Positions 34,501-49,500 of a DNA stretch of 64,000 nucleotides are shown here, one piece after another. Made by a program: the position numbers and the translations under genes. Position 1 is the stretch's first letter, and every line of letters begins with the position of its first letter. The notes under the pieces are model-generated. The model was not told the origin of the DNA. It searched no databases and saw only the letters and a program-made list of their open reading frames with translations. Origin of the DNA: Nemertoderma westbladi (taxonomy: Eukaryota > Animalia > Xenacoelomorpha); assembly GCA_032718475.1 (NCBI GenBank), contig JAUCBJ010000742.1, positions 1 through 64,000 on the forward strand. The letters run 5' to 3'.

Positions 34501-37500
34501 AAATACAACCAGGACAGGTGAGATATTGGGAAAATACAACCCAGGACAGGTGAGATATTGGTAAACTACAACCCAGGGCAGGTGAGATATTGGGAAAATA
34601 CAACCAGGACAGGTGAGATATTGGGAAAATACAACCCAGGACAGGTGAGATATTGGTAAACTACAACCCAAGACAGGTGAGATATTGGTAAACTACAACC
34701 CAAGACAGGTGAGATATTGGGAAACTACAACCCAAGGACAGGTGAGATATTGGGAAACTACAACCCAGGACAGGTGAGATATTGCGAAAATACAACCCAG
34801 GACAGGTGAGATATTGCGAAAATACAACCAGGACAGGTGAGATATTGGGAAACTACAACCCAGGGCAGGTGAGATATTGGGAAAATACAACCAGGACAGG
34901 TGAGATATTGGGAAAATACAACCCAGGACAGGTGAGATATTGGGAAACTACAACCCAGGACAGGTGAGATATTGGTAAACTACAACCCAGGGCAGGTGAG
35001 ATATTGCGAAAATACAACCAGGACAGGTGAGATATTGGGAAAATACAACCCAGGACAGGTGAGATATTGGTAAACTACAACCCAGGACAGGTGAGATATT
35101 GGGAAAATACAACCCAGGGCAGGTGAGATATTGGGAAAATACAACCAGGACAGGTGAGATATTGGGAAAATACAACCCAGGACAGGTGAGATATTGGTAA
35201 ACTACAACCCAAGACAGGTGAGATATTGGTAAACTACAACCCAAGACAGGTGAGATATTGGGAAACTACAACCCAGGACAGGTGAGATATTGCGAAAATA
35301 CAACCAGGACAGGTGAGATATTGGGAAACTACAACCCAGGGCAGGTGAGATATTGGTAAACTACAACCCAGGACAGGTGAGATATTGGTAAACTACAACC
35401 CAGGGCAGGTGAGATATTGGTAAACTACAACCCAGGGCAGGTGAGATATTGCGAAAATACAACCAGGACAGGTGAGATATTGGTAAACTACAACCCAGGA
35501 CAGGTGAGATATTGGTAAACTACAACCCAAGACAGGTGAGATATTGGGAAACTACAACCCAGGACAGGTGAGATATTGGGAAAATACAACCAGGACAGGT
35601 GAGATATTGGTAAACTACAACCCAGGGCAGGTGAGATATTGCGAAAATACAACCCAGGACAGGTGAGATATTGGTAAACTACAACCCAGGACAGGTGAGA
35701 TATTGGTAAACTACAACCCAGGACAGGTGAGATATTGGTAAACTACAACCCAGGACAGGTGAGATATTGCGAAAATACAACCAGGACAGGTGAGATATTG
35801 GGAAACTACAACCCAGGGCAGGTGAGATATTGGGAAACTACAACCCAGGGCAGGTGAGATATTGGTAAACTACAACCCAGGACAGGTGAGATATTGGTAA
35901 ACTACAACCCAGGGCAGGTGAGATATTGGTAAACTACAACCCAGGACAGGTGAGATATTGGTAAACTACAACCCAGGGCAGGTGAGATATTGGTAAACTA
36001 CAACCCAGGACAGGTGAGATATTGGTAAACTACAACCCAAGACAGGTGAGATATTGGGAAACTACAACCCAGGACAGGTGAGATATTGCGAAAATACAAC
36101 CAGGACAGGTGAGATATTGGTAAACTACAACCCAGGACAGGTGAGATATTGCGAAACTACAACCAGGACAGGTGAGATATTGGTAAACTACAACCCAGGG
36201 CAGGTGAGATATTGGGAAACTACAACCAGGACAGGTGAGATATTGGTAAACTACAACCCAGGGCAGGTGAGATATTGGTAAACTACAACCCAGGACAGGT
36301 GAGATATTGGTAAACTACAACCTAGGGCAGGTGAGATATTGGTAAACTACAACCAGGACAGGTGAGATATTGGTAAACTACAACCCAGGACAGGTGAGAT
36401 ATTGCGAAAATACAACCAGGACAGGTGAGATATTGGTAAACTACAACCCAAGACAGGTGAGATATTGCGAAAATACAACCAGGACAGGTGAGATATTGGT
36501 AAACTACAACCCAGGACAGGTGAGATATTGCGAAAATACAACCCAGGACAGGTGAGATATTGGTAAACTACAACCCAGGACAGGTGAGATATTGGTAAAC
36601 TACAACCGAGGACAGGTGAGATATTGGTAAACTACAACCCAGGACAGGTGAGATATTGGTAAACTACAACCCAGGGCAGGTGAGATATTGGTAAACTACA
36701 ACCCAAGACAGGTGAGATATTGGTAAACTACAACCCAGGACAGGTGAGATATTGCGAAAATACAACCCAGGACAGGTGAGATATTGGTAAACTACAACCC
36801 AGGACAGGTGAGATATTGCGAAAATACAACCCAGGACAGGTGAGATATTGGTAAACTACAACCCAGGACAGGTGAGATATTGGTAAACTACAACCGAGGA
36901 CAGGTGAGATATTGGTAAACTACAACCCAGGGCAGGTGAGATATTGGTAAACTACAACCCAAGACAGGTGAGATATTGGTAAACTACAACCGAGGACAGG
37001 TGAGATATTGGTAAACTACAACCCAGGGCAGGTGAGATATTGGTAAACTACAACCGAGGACAGGTGAGATATTGGTAAACTACAACCCAGGGCAGGTGAG
37101 ATATTGGTAAACTACAACCCAGGACAGGTGAGATATTGGTAAACTACAACCGAGGACAGGTGAGATATTGGTAAACTACAACCCAGGGCAGGTGAGATAT
37201 TGGTAAACTACAACCCAAGACAGGTGAGATATTGCGAAAATACAACCAGGACAGGTGAGATATTGGGAAAATACAACCAGGACAGGTGAGATATTGGTAA
37301 ACTACAACCCAGGACAGGTGAGATATTGCGAAAATACAACCAGGACAGGTGAGATATTGGGAAAATACAACCAGGACAGGTGAGATATTGGTAAACTACA
37401 ACCCAGGACAGGTGAGATATTGGGAAACTACAACCCAGGACAGGTGAGATATTGGTAAACTACAACCCAGGGCAGGTGAGATATTGGTAAACTACAACCC

Positions 37501-40500
37501 AGGGCAGGTGAGATATTGGTAAACTACAACCCAGGACAGGTGAGATATTGGGAAACTACAACCCAGGACAGGTGAGATATTGGTAAACTACAACCCAGGG
37601 CAGGTGAGATATTGGTAAACTACAACCCAGGGCAGGTGAGATATTGGTAAACTACAACCCAGGACAGGTGAGATATTGCGAAAATACAACCAGGACAGGT
37701 GAGATATTGGTAAACTACAACCCAGGATAGGTGAGATATTGGTAAACTACAACCCAGGACAGGTGAGATATTGGTAAACTACAACCCAGGACAGGTGAGA
37801 TATTGCGAAAATACAACCAGGACAGGTGAGATATTGGTAAACTACAACCCAGGATAGGTGAGATATTGGTAAACTACAACCCAGGATAGGTGAGATATTG
37901 GTAAACTACAACCAGGACAGGTGAGATATTGCGAAAATACAACCAGGACAGGTGAGATATTGGTAAACTACAACCCAGGACAGGTGAGATATTGGTAAAC
38001 TACAACCCAGGGCAGGTGAGATATTGGTAAACTACAACCCAGGACAGGTGAGATATTGGGAAACTACAACCTAGGACAGGTGAGATATTGGTAAACTACA
38101 ACCCAGGATAGGTGAGATATTGGTAAACTACAACCCAGGACAGGTGAGATATTGGTAAACTACAACCCAGGACAGGTGAGATATTGCGAAAATACAACCA
38201 GGACAGGTGAGATATTGGTAAACTACAACCCAGGATAGGTGAGATATTGGTAAACTACAAACAACCCAGGACAGGTGAGATATTGGTAAACTACAACCCA
38301 GGACAGGTGAGATATTGGTAAACTACAACCCAGGACAGGTGAGATATTGGGAAACTACAACCTAGGACAGGTGAGATATTGGTAAACTACAACCCAGGAT
38401 AGGTGAGATATTGGTAAACTACAACCCAGGACAGGTGAGATATTGGTAAACTACAAACAACCCAGGACAGGTGAGATATTGGTAAACTACAACCCAGGAC
38501 AGGTGAGATATTGGTAAACTACAACCCAGGACAGGTGAGATATTGGGAAACTACAACCTAGGACAGGTGAGATATTGGTAAACTACAACCCAGGATAGGT
38601 GAGATATTGGTAAACTACAACCCAGGACAGGTGAGATATTGGTAAACTACAACCCAGGACAGGTGAGATATTGCGAAAATACAACCAGGACAGGTGAGAT
38701 ATTGCGAAAATACAACCAGGACAGGTGAGATATTGGTAAACTACAACCCAAGACAGGTGAGATATTGCGAAAATACAACCCAGGACAGGTGAGATATTGG
38801 TAAACTACAACCAGGACAGGTGAGATATTGGTAAACTACAACCCAGGATAGGTGAGATATTGGTAAACTACAACCCAGGACAGGTGAGATATTGCGAAAA
38901 TACAACCAGGACAGGTGAGATATTGGTAAACTACAACCCAGGACAGGTGAGATATTGCGAAAATACAACCAGGACAGGTGAGATATTGGTAAACTACAAC
39001 CTAGGACAGGTGAGATATTGGGAAAATACAACCCAGGACAGGTGAGATATTGGTAAACTACAACCCAGGACAGGTGAGATATTGGTAAACTACAACCCAA
39101 GACAGGTGAGATATTGGGAAACTACAACCTAGGACAGGTGAGATATTGGTAAACTACAACCCAGGACAGGTGAGATATTGGTAAACTACAACCCAAGACA
39201 GGTGAGATATTGGTAAACTACAACCCAGGACAGGTGAGATATTGGGAAAATACAACCCAGGACAGGTGAGATATTGCGAAAATACAACCAGGACAGGTGA
39301 GATATTGGTAAACTACAACCCAGGACAGGTGAGATATTGCGAAAATACAACCCAGGACAGGTGAGATATTGGTAAACTACAACCTAGGACAGGTGAGATA
39401 TTGGGAAAATACAACCCAGGACAGGTGAGATATTGGTAAACTACAACCCAGGACAGGTGAGATATTGGTAAACTACAACCCAAGACAGGTGAGATATTGG
39501 GAAACTACAACCTAGGACAGGTGAGATATTGGTAAACTACAACCCAGGACAGGTGAGATATTGGTAAACTACAACCCAAGACAGGTGAGATATTGGTAAA
39601 CTACAACCCAGGACAGGTGAGATATTGGGAAAATACAACCCAGGACAGGTGAGATATTGGTAAACTACAACCTAGGACAGGTGAGATATTGGGAAAATAC
39701 AACCCAGGACAGGTGAGATATTGGTAAACTACAACCCAGGACAGGTGAGATATTGGTAAACTACAACCCAGGACAGGTGAGATATTGGGAAAATACAACC
39801 CAGGACAGGTGAGATATTGGTAAACTACAACCCAGGACAGGTGAGATATTGGTAAACTACAACCCAGGACAGGTGAGATATTGGTAAACTACAACCCAGG
39901 ACAGGTGAGATATTGGTAAACTACAACCCAGGACAGGTGAGATATTGCGAAAATACAACCCAGGACAGGTGAGATATTGCGAAAATACAACCAGGACAGG
40001 TGAGATATTGGGAAACTACAACCCAGGATAGGTGAGATATTGGTAAACTACAACCGAGGACAGGTGAGATATTGGTAAACTACAACCCAAGACAGGTGAG
40101 ATATTGCGAAAATACAACCAGGGCAGGTGAGATATTGCGAAAATACAACCAGGGCAGGTGAGATATTGGGAAACTACAACCAGGACAGGTGAGATATTGG
40201 TAAACTACAACCCAGGGCAGGTGAGATATTGGTAAACTACAACCCAGGACAGGTGAGATATTGGTAAACTACAACCCAAGACAGGTGAGATATTGCGAAA
40301 ATACAACCAGGACAGGTGAGATATTGGTAAACTACAACCCAGGGCAGGTGAGATATTGGTAAACTACAACCCAGGACAGGTGAGATATTGGTAAACTACA
40401 ACCCAAGACAGGTGAGATATTGCGAAAATACAACCAGGGCAGGTGAGATATTGCGAAAATACAACCAGGGCAGGTGAGATATTGGGAAACTACAACCAGG

Positions 40501-43500
40501 ACAGGTGAGATATTGGTAAACTACAACCCAGGGCAGGTGAGATATTGGTAAACTACAACCCAGGACAGGTGAGATATTGGTAAACTACAACCCAAGACAG
40601 GTGAGATATTGCGAAAATACAACCAGGACAGGTGAGATATTGGTAAACTACAACCCAAGACAGGTGAGATATTGCGAAAATACAACCAGGACAGGTGAGA
40701 TATTGGTAAACTACAACCCAAGACAGGTGAGATATTGGGAAACTACAACCCAGGACAGGTGAGATATTGGTAAACTACAACCCAGGACAGGTGAGATATT
40801 GGTAAACTACAACCCAGGACAGGTGAGATATTGGGAAACTACAACCTAAGGACAGGTGAGATATTGGGAAACTACAACCCAGGGCAGGTGAGATATTGGT
40901 AAACTACAACCCAGGGCAGGTGAGATATTGGGAAACTACAACCCAGTACAGGTGAGATATTGCGAAAATACAACCCAGGACAGGTGAGATATTGCGAAAA
41001 TACAACCAGGACAGGTGAGATATTGGGAAACTACAACCCAGGGCAGGTGAGATATTGGTAAACTACAACCCAGGACAGGTGAGATATTGGTAAACTACAA
41101 CCCAAGACAGGTGAGATATTGGTAAACTACAACCCAGGACAGGTGAGATATTGGTAAACTACAACCAGGACAGGTGAGATATTGCGAAAATACAACCAGG
41201 ACAGGTGAGATATTGGGAAACTACAACCCAGGGCAGGTGAGATATTGGTAAACTACAACCCAGGACAGGTGAGATATTGGTAAACTACAACCCAAGACAG
41301 GTGAGATATTGCGAAAATACAACCAGGACAGGTGAGATATTGGGAAACTACAACCCAGGACAGGTGAGATATTGGGAAACTACAACCCAGGACAGGTGAG
41401 ATATTGGTAAACTACAACCCAGGACAGGTGAGATATTGGGAAACTACAACCCAGGACAGGTGAGATATTGGTAAACTACAACCCAGGACAGGTGAGATAT
41501 TGGGAAACTACAACCCAGGACAGGTGAGATATTGGTAAACTACAACCCAGGGCAGGTGAGATATTGGGAAACTACAACCCAGGACAGGTGAGATATTGGT
41601 AAACTACAACCCAGGACAGGTGAGATATTGGGAAACTACAACCCAGGACAGGTGAGATATTGGTAAACTACAACCCAGGACAGGTGAGATATTGGGAAAC
41701 TACAACCCAGGACAGGTGAGATATTGGTAAACTACAACCCAGGGCAGGTGAGATATTGCGAAAATACAACCAGGACAGGTGAGATATTGGGAAACTACAA
41801 CCCAGGACAGGTGAGATATTGCGAAAATACAACCAGGACAGGTGAGATATTGGGAAACTACAACCCAGGACAGGTGAGATATTGGTAAACTACAACCCAG
41901 GGCAGGTGAGATATTGGTAAACTACAACCCAGGACAGGTGAGATATTGGTAAACTACAACCCAAGACAGGTGAGATATTGCGAAAATACAACCAGGACAG
42001 GTGAGATATTGGGAAACTACAACCTAAGGACAGGTGAGATATTGGTAAACTACAACCCAGGACAGGTGAGATATTGGTAAACTACAACCCAGGACAGGTG
42101 AGATATTGCGAAAATACAACCTAAGGACAGGTGAGATATTGGTAAACTACAACCCAGTACAGGTGAGATATTGGGAAAATACAACCCAGGACAGGTGAGA
42201 TATTGGGAAACTACAACCCAGGACAGGTGAGATATTGGGAAACTACAACCCAGGACAGGTGAGATATTGGTAAACTACAACCTAAGGACAGGTGAGATAT
42301 TGGGAAACTACAACCCAGGACAGGTGAGATATTGGTAAACTACAACCTAAGGACAGGTGAGATATTGGGAAACTACAACCCAGGACAGGTGAGATATTGG
42401 TAAACTACAACCTAAGGACAGGTGAGATATTGGGAAACTACAACCCAGGACAGGTGAGATATTGGTAAACTACAACCTAAGGACAGGTGAGATATTGGGA
42501 AACTACAACCCAGGACAGGTGAGATATTGGTAAACTACAACCCAGGACAGGTGAGATATTGGGAAACTACAACCCAGGACAGGTGAGATATTGGTAAACT
42601 ACAACCCAGGACAGGTGAGATATTGGTAAACTACAACCCAGGACAGGTGAGATATTGGGAAACTACAACCCAGGACAGGTGAGATATTGCGTAAACTACA
42701 ACCAGGACAGGTGAGATATTGGGAAACTACAACCCAGGACAGGTGAGATATTGGTAAACTACAACCCAGGGCAGGTGAGATATTGGTAAACTACAACCCA
42801 GGACAGGTGAGATATTGCGAAAATACAACCAGGACAGGTGAGATATTGGGAAACTACAACCCAGGACAGGTGAGATATTGGTAAACTACAACCCAGGACA
42901 GGTGAGATATTGGTAAACTACAACCCAAGACAGGTGAGATATTGCGAAAATACAACCCAGGACAGGTGAGATATTGGGAAACTACAACCCAGGACAGGTG
43001 AGATATTGGTAAACTACAACCCAGGACAGGTGAGATATTGGTAAACTACAACCCAGGACAGGTGAGATATTGCGAAAATACAACCCAGGACAGGTGAGAT
43101 ATTGGTAAACTACAACCCAGGACAGGTGAGATATTGGGAAACTACAACCCAGGACAGGTGAGATATTGGTAAACTACAACCCAGGACAGGTGAGATATTG
43201 CGAAAATACAACCAGGACAGGTGAGATATTGGGAAACTACAACCCAGGACAGGTGAGATATTGGTAAACTACAACCCAGGACAGGTGAGATATTGGTAAA
43301 CTACAACCCAGGACAGGTGAGATATTGCGAAAATACAACCAGGACAGGTGAGATATTGGGAAACTACAACCCAGGACAGGTGAGATATTGGTAAACTACA
43401 ACCCAGGACAGGTGAGATATTGGTAAACTACAACCCAGGACAGGTGAGATATTGGGAAACTACAACCCAGGACAGGTGAGATATTGGTAAACTACAACCC

Positions 43501-46500
43501 AGGACAGGTGAGATATTGGTAAACTACAACCCAGGACAGGTGAGATATTGGTAAACTACAACCCAGGACAGGTGAGATATTGCGAAAATACAACCAGGAC
43601 AGGTGAGATATTGGTAAACTACAACCCAGGACAGGTGAGATATTGGTAAACTACAACCCAGGACAGGTGAGATATTGGTAAACTACAACCCAGGACAGGT
43701 GAGATATTGGTAAACTACAACCCAGGACAGGTGAGATATTGCGTAAAATACAACCAGGACAGGTGAGATATTGGTAAACTACAACCCAGGACAGGTGAGA
43801 TATTGGTAAACTACAACCCAGGACAGGTGAGATATTGGTAAACTACAACCCAGGACAGGTGAGATATTGGTAAACTACAACCCAGGACAGGTGAGATATT
43901 GCGAAACTACAACCAGGACAGGTGAGATATTGGTAAACTACAACCAGGACAGGTGAGATATTGGTAAACTACAACCCAGGACAGGTGAGATATTGGTAAA
44001 CTACAACCCAGGACAGGTGAGATATTGCGAAAATACAACCAGGACAGGTGAGATATTGGTAAACTACAACCCAGGACAGGTGAGATATTGCGTAAACTAC
44101 AACCAGGACAGGTGAGATATTGGGAAACTACAACCCAGGACAGGTGAGATATTGGTAAACTACAACCCAGGACAGGTGAGATATTGGTAAACTACAACCC
44201 AGGACAGGTGAGATATTGGTAAACTACAACCCAGGACAGGTGAGATATTGGTAAACTACAACCCAGGACAGGTGAGATATTGGTAAACTACAACCCAGGA
44301 CAGGTGAGATATTGCGTAAACTACAACCAGGACAGGTGAGATATTGGTAAACTACAACCCAGGACAGGTGAGATATTGCGAAACTACAACCCAGGACAGG
44401 TGAGATATTGGTAAACTACAACCCAGGACAGGTGAGATATTGGTAAACTACAACCCAGGACAGGTGAGATATTGGTAAACTACAACCCAGGACAGGTGAG
44501 ATATTGGTAAACTACAACCCAGGACAGGTGAGATATTGCGAAAATACAACCCAGGACAGGTGAGATATTGGGAAACTACAACCCAGGACAGGTGAGATAT
44601 TGGTAAACTACAACCCAGGACAGGTGAGATATTGGTAAACTACAACCCAGGACAGGTGAGATATTGCGAAACTACAACCCAGGACAGGTGAGATATTGGG
44701 AAACTACAACCCAGGACAGGTGAGATATTGGTAAACTACAACCCAGGACAGGTGAGATATTGGTAAACTACAACCCAGGACAGGTGAGATATTGGGAAAC
44801 TACAACCCAGGACAGGTGAGATATTGGTAAACTACAACCCAGGACAGGTGAGATATTGGGAAACTACAACCCAGGACAGGTGAGATATTGGTAAACTACA
44901 ACCCAGGACAGGTGAGATATTGGTAAACTACAACCCAGGACAGGTGAGATATTGGTAAACTACAACCCAGGACAGGTGAGATATTGGGAAACTACAACCC
45001 AGGACAGGTGAGATATTGGTAAACTACAACCCAGGACAGGTGAGATATTGGGAAACTACAACCCAGGACAGGTGAGATATTGGTAAACTACAACCCAGGA
45101 CAGGTGAGATATTGGTAAACTACAACCCAGGACAGGTGAGATATTGGGAAACTACAACCCAGGACAGGTGAGATATTGGTAAACTACAACCCAGGACAGG
45201 TGAGATATTGGTAAACTACAACCAGGACAGGTGAGATATTGGGAAACTACAACCCAGGACAGGTGAGATATTGGTAAACTACAACCCAGGACAGGTGAGA
45301 TATTGGTAAACTACAACCCAGGACAGGTGAGATATTGGTAAACTACAACCCAGGACAGGTGAGATATTGGTAAACTACAACCCAGGACAGGTGAGATATT
45401 GGTAAACTACAACCCAGGACAGGTGAGATATTGGGAAACTACAACCCAGGACAGGTGAGATATTGGTAAACTACAACCCAGGACAGGTGAGATATTGGTA
45501 AACTACAACCCAGGACAGGTGAGATATTGGTAAACTACAACCCAGGACAGGTGAGATATTGGTAAACTACAACCCAGGACAGGTGAGATATTGGGAAACT
45601 ACAACCCAGGACAGGTGAGATATTGCGAAAATACAACCCAGGACAGGTGAGATATTGGTAAACTACAACCCAGGACAGGTGAGATATTGGGAAACTACAA
45701 CCCAGGACAGGTGAGATATTGGTAAACTACAACCCAGGACAGGTGAGATATTGGTAAACTACAACCCAGGACAGGTGAGATATTGGTAAACTACAACCCA
45801 GGACAGGTGAGATATTGGGAAACTACAACCCAGGACAGGTGAGATATTGGTAAACTACAACCCAGGGCAGGTGAGATATTGCGAAAATACAACCAGGACA
45901 GGTGAGATATTGGGAAACTACAACCCAGGACAGGTGAGATATTGGTAAACTACAACCCAGGACAGGTGAGATATTGGTAAACTACAACCCAGGACAGGTG
46001 AGATATTGCGAAACTACAACCCAGGACAGGTGAGATATTGGTAAACTACAACCCAGGACAGGTGAGATATTGGGAAACTACAACCCAGGACAGGTGAGAT
46101 ATTGGTAAACTACAACCCAGGACAGGTGAGATATTGCGTAAACTACAACCAGGACAGGTGAGATATTGGGAAACTACAACCTAAGGACAGGTGAGATATT
46201 GGGAAACTACAACCTAGGACAGGTGAGATATTGCGTAAACTACAACCCAGGACAGGTGAGATATTGGTAAACTACAACCCAGGACAGGTGAGATATTGGG
46301 AAACTACAACCCAGGACAGGTGAGATATTGCGAAAATACAACCAGGACAGGTGAGATATTGCGAAAATACAACCAGGACAGGTGAGATATTGGGAAACTA
46401 CAACCCAGGACAGGTGAGATATTGGTAAACTACAACCCAGGACAGGTGAGATATTGGTAAACTACAACCCAGGACAGGTGAGATATTGCGAAACTACAAC

Positions 46501-49500
46501 CCAGGACAGGTGAGATATTGCGTAAACTACAACCAGGACAGGTGAGATATTGGTAAACTACAACCCAGGACAGGTGAGATATTGCGAAAATACAACCAGG
46601 ACAGGTGAGATATTGGTAAACTACAACCTAAGGACAGGTGAGATATTGGGGAACTACAACCCAGGACAGGTGAGATATTGGTAAACTACAACCCAGGACA
46701 GGTGAGATATTGGGAAACTACAACCCAGGACAGGTGAGATATTGGTAAACTACAACCCAGGACAGGTGAGATATTGGTAAACTACAACCCAGGACAGGTG
46801 AGATATTGGTAAACTACAACCCAGGACAGGTGAGATATTGGGAAAATACAACCCAGGACAGGTGAGATATTGCGAAAATACAACCAGGACAGGTGAGATA
46901 TTGCGAAACTACAACCAGGACAGGTGAGATATTGGGAAACTACAACCCAAGACAGGTGAGATATTGGTAAACTACAACCCAGGACAGGTGAGATATTGGT
47001 AAACTACAACCCAGGACAGGTGAGATATTGCGAAAATACAACCTAGGACAGGTGAGATATTGCGAAAATACAACCAGGACAGGTGAGATATTGGTAAACT
47101 ACAACCCAGGACAGGTGAGATATTGCGAAAATACAACCAGGACAGGTGAGATATTGGTAAACTACAACCTAAGGACAGGTGAGATATTGGGGAACTACAA
47201 CCCAGGACAGGTGAGATATTGGTAAACTACAACCCAGGACAGGTGAGATATTGGGAAACTACAACCCAGGACAGGTGAGATATTGGTAAACTACAACCCA
47301 GGACAGGTGAGATATTGGTAAACTACAACCCAGGGCAGGTGAGATATTGGTAAACTACAACCCAGGACAGGTGAGATATTGGGAAACTACAACCCAGGAC
47401 AGGTGAGATATTGGTAAACTACAACCCAGGACAGGTGAGATATTGGGAAACTACAACCCAGGACAGGTGAGATATTGGTAAACTACAACCCAGGACAGGT
47501 GAGATATTGGTAAACTACAACCCAGGGCAGGTGAGATATTGCGAAAATACAACCAGGACAGGTGAGATATTGGGAAACTACAACCGAGGACAGGTGAGAT
47601 ATTGGGAAACTACAACCCAGGACAGGTGAGATATTGGGAAACTACAACCCAGGACAGGTGAGATATTGGTAAACTACAACCCAGGGCAGGTGAGATATTG
47701 CGAAAATACAACCAGGACAGGTGAGATATTGCGAAACTACAACCGAGGACAGGTGAGATATTGGGAAACTACAACCCAGGACAGGTGAGATATTGGGAAA
47801 CTACAACCCAGGACAGGTGAGATATTGGTAAACTACAACCCAGGGCAGGTGAGATATTGCGAAAATACAACCAGGACAGGTGAGATATTGCGAAACTACA
47901 ACCGAGGACAGGTGAGATATTGGGAAACTACAACCCAGGACAGGTGAGATATTGGGAAACTACAACCCAGGACAGGTGAGATATTGGTAAACTACAACCC
48001 AGGACAGGTGAGATATTGGTAAACTACAACCCAGGGCAGGTGAGATATTGCGAAAATACAACCAGGACAGGTGAGATATTGGGAAACTACAACCGAGGAC
48101 AGGTGAGATATTGGGAAACTACAACCCAGGACAGGTGAGATATTGGGAAACTACAACCCAGGACAGGTGAGATATTGGTAAACTACAACCCAGGGCAGGT
48201 GAGATATTGGTAAACTACAACCCAGGACAGGTGAGATATTGGTAAACTACAACCCAAGGACAGGTGAGATATTGCGAAAATACAACCAGGACAGGTGAGA
48301 TATTGGGAAACTACAACCCAGGACAGGTGAGATATTGGTAAACTACAACCCAGGACAGGTGAGATATTGGTAAACTACAACCCAAGACAGGTGAGATATT
48401 GCGAAAATACAACCAGGACAGGTGAGATATTGGGAAACTACAACCTAAGGACAGGTGAGATATTGGGAAACTACAACCCAGGACAGGTGAGATATTGGTA
48501 AACTACAACCCAGGACAGGTGAGATATTGGTAAACTACAACCCAGGACAGGTGAGATATTGCGAAAATACAACCAGGACAGGTGAGATATTGGGAAACTA
48601 CAACCTAAGGACAGGTGAGATATTGGTAAACTACAACCCAGGACAGGTGAGATATTGGGAAACTACAACCCAGGACAGGTGAGATATTGGTAAACTACAA
48701 CCCAGGGCAGGTGAGATATTGCGAAAATACAACCCAGGACAGGTGAGATATTGCGAAAATACAACCAGGACAGGTGAGATATTGGGAAACTACAACCCAG
48801 GACAGGTGAGATATTGGTAAACTACAACCCAGGGCAGGTGAGATATTGGTAAACTACAACCCAGGACAGGTGAGATATTGGTAAACTACAACCCAAGACA
48901 GGTGAGATATTGCGAAAATACAACCAGGACAGGTGAGATATTGGGAAACTACAACCCAGGACAGGTGAGATATTGGTAAACTACAACCCAGGACAGGTGA
49001 GATATTGGTAAACTACAACCCAAGACAGGTGAGATATTGCGAAAATACAACCAGGACAGGTGAGATATTGGGAAACTACAACCAAGGACAGGTGAGATAT
49101 TGGGAAACTACAACCCAGGACAGGTGAGATATTGGTAAACTACAACCCAAGACAGGTGAGATATTGCGAAAATACAACCAGGACAGGTGAGATATTGGGA
49201 AACTACAACCCAGGACAGGTGAGATATTGGTAAACTACAACCCAGGACAGGTGAGATATTGGTAAACTACAACCCAGGACAGGTGAGATATTGGTAAACT
49301 ACAACCCAGGACAGGTGAGATATTGGTAAACTACAACCCAAGACAGGTGAGATATTGCGAAAATACAACCAGGACAGGTGAGATATTGGGAAACTACAAC
49401 CCAGGACAGGTGAGATATTGGTAAACTACAACCCAGGGCAGGTGAGATATTGGTAAACTACAACCCAGGACAGGTGAGATATTGGTAAACTACAACCCAG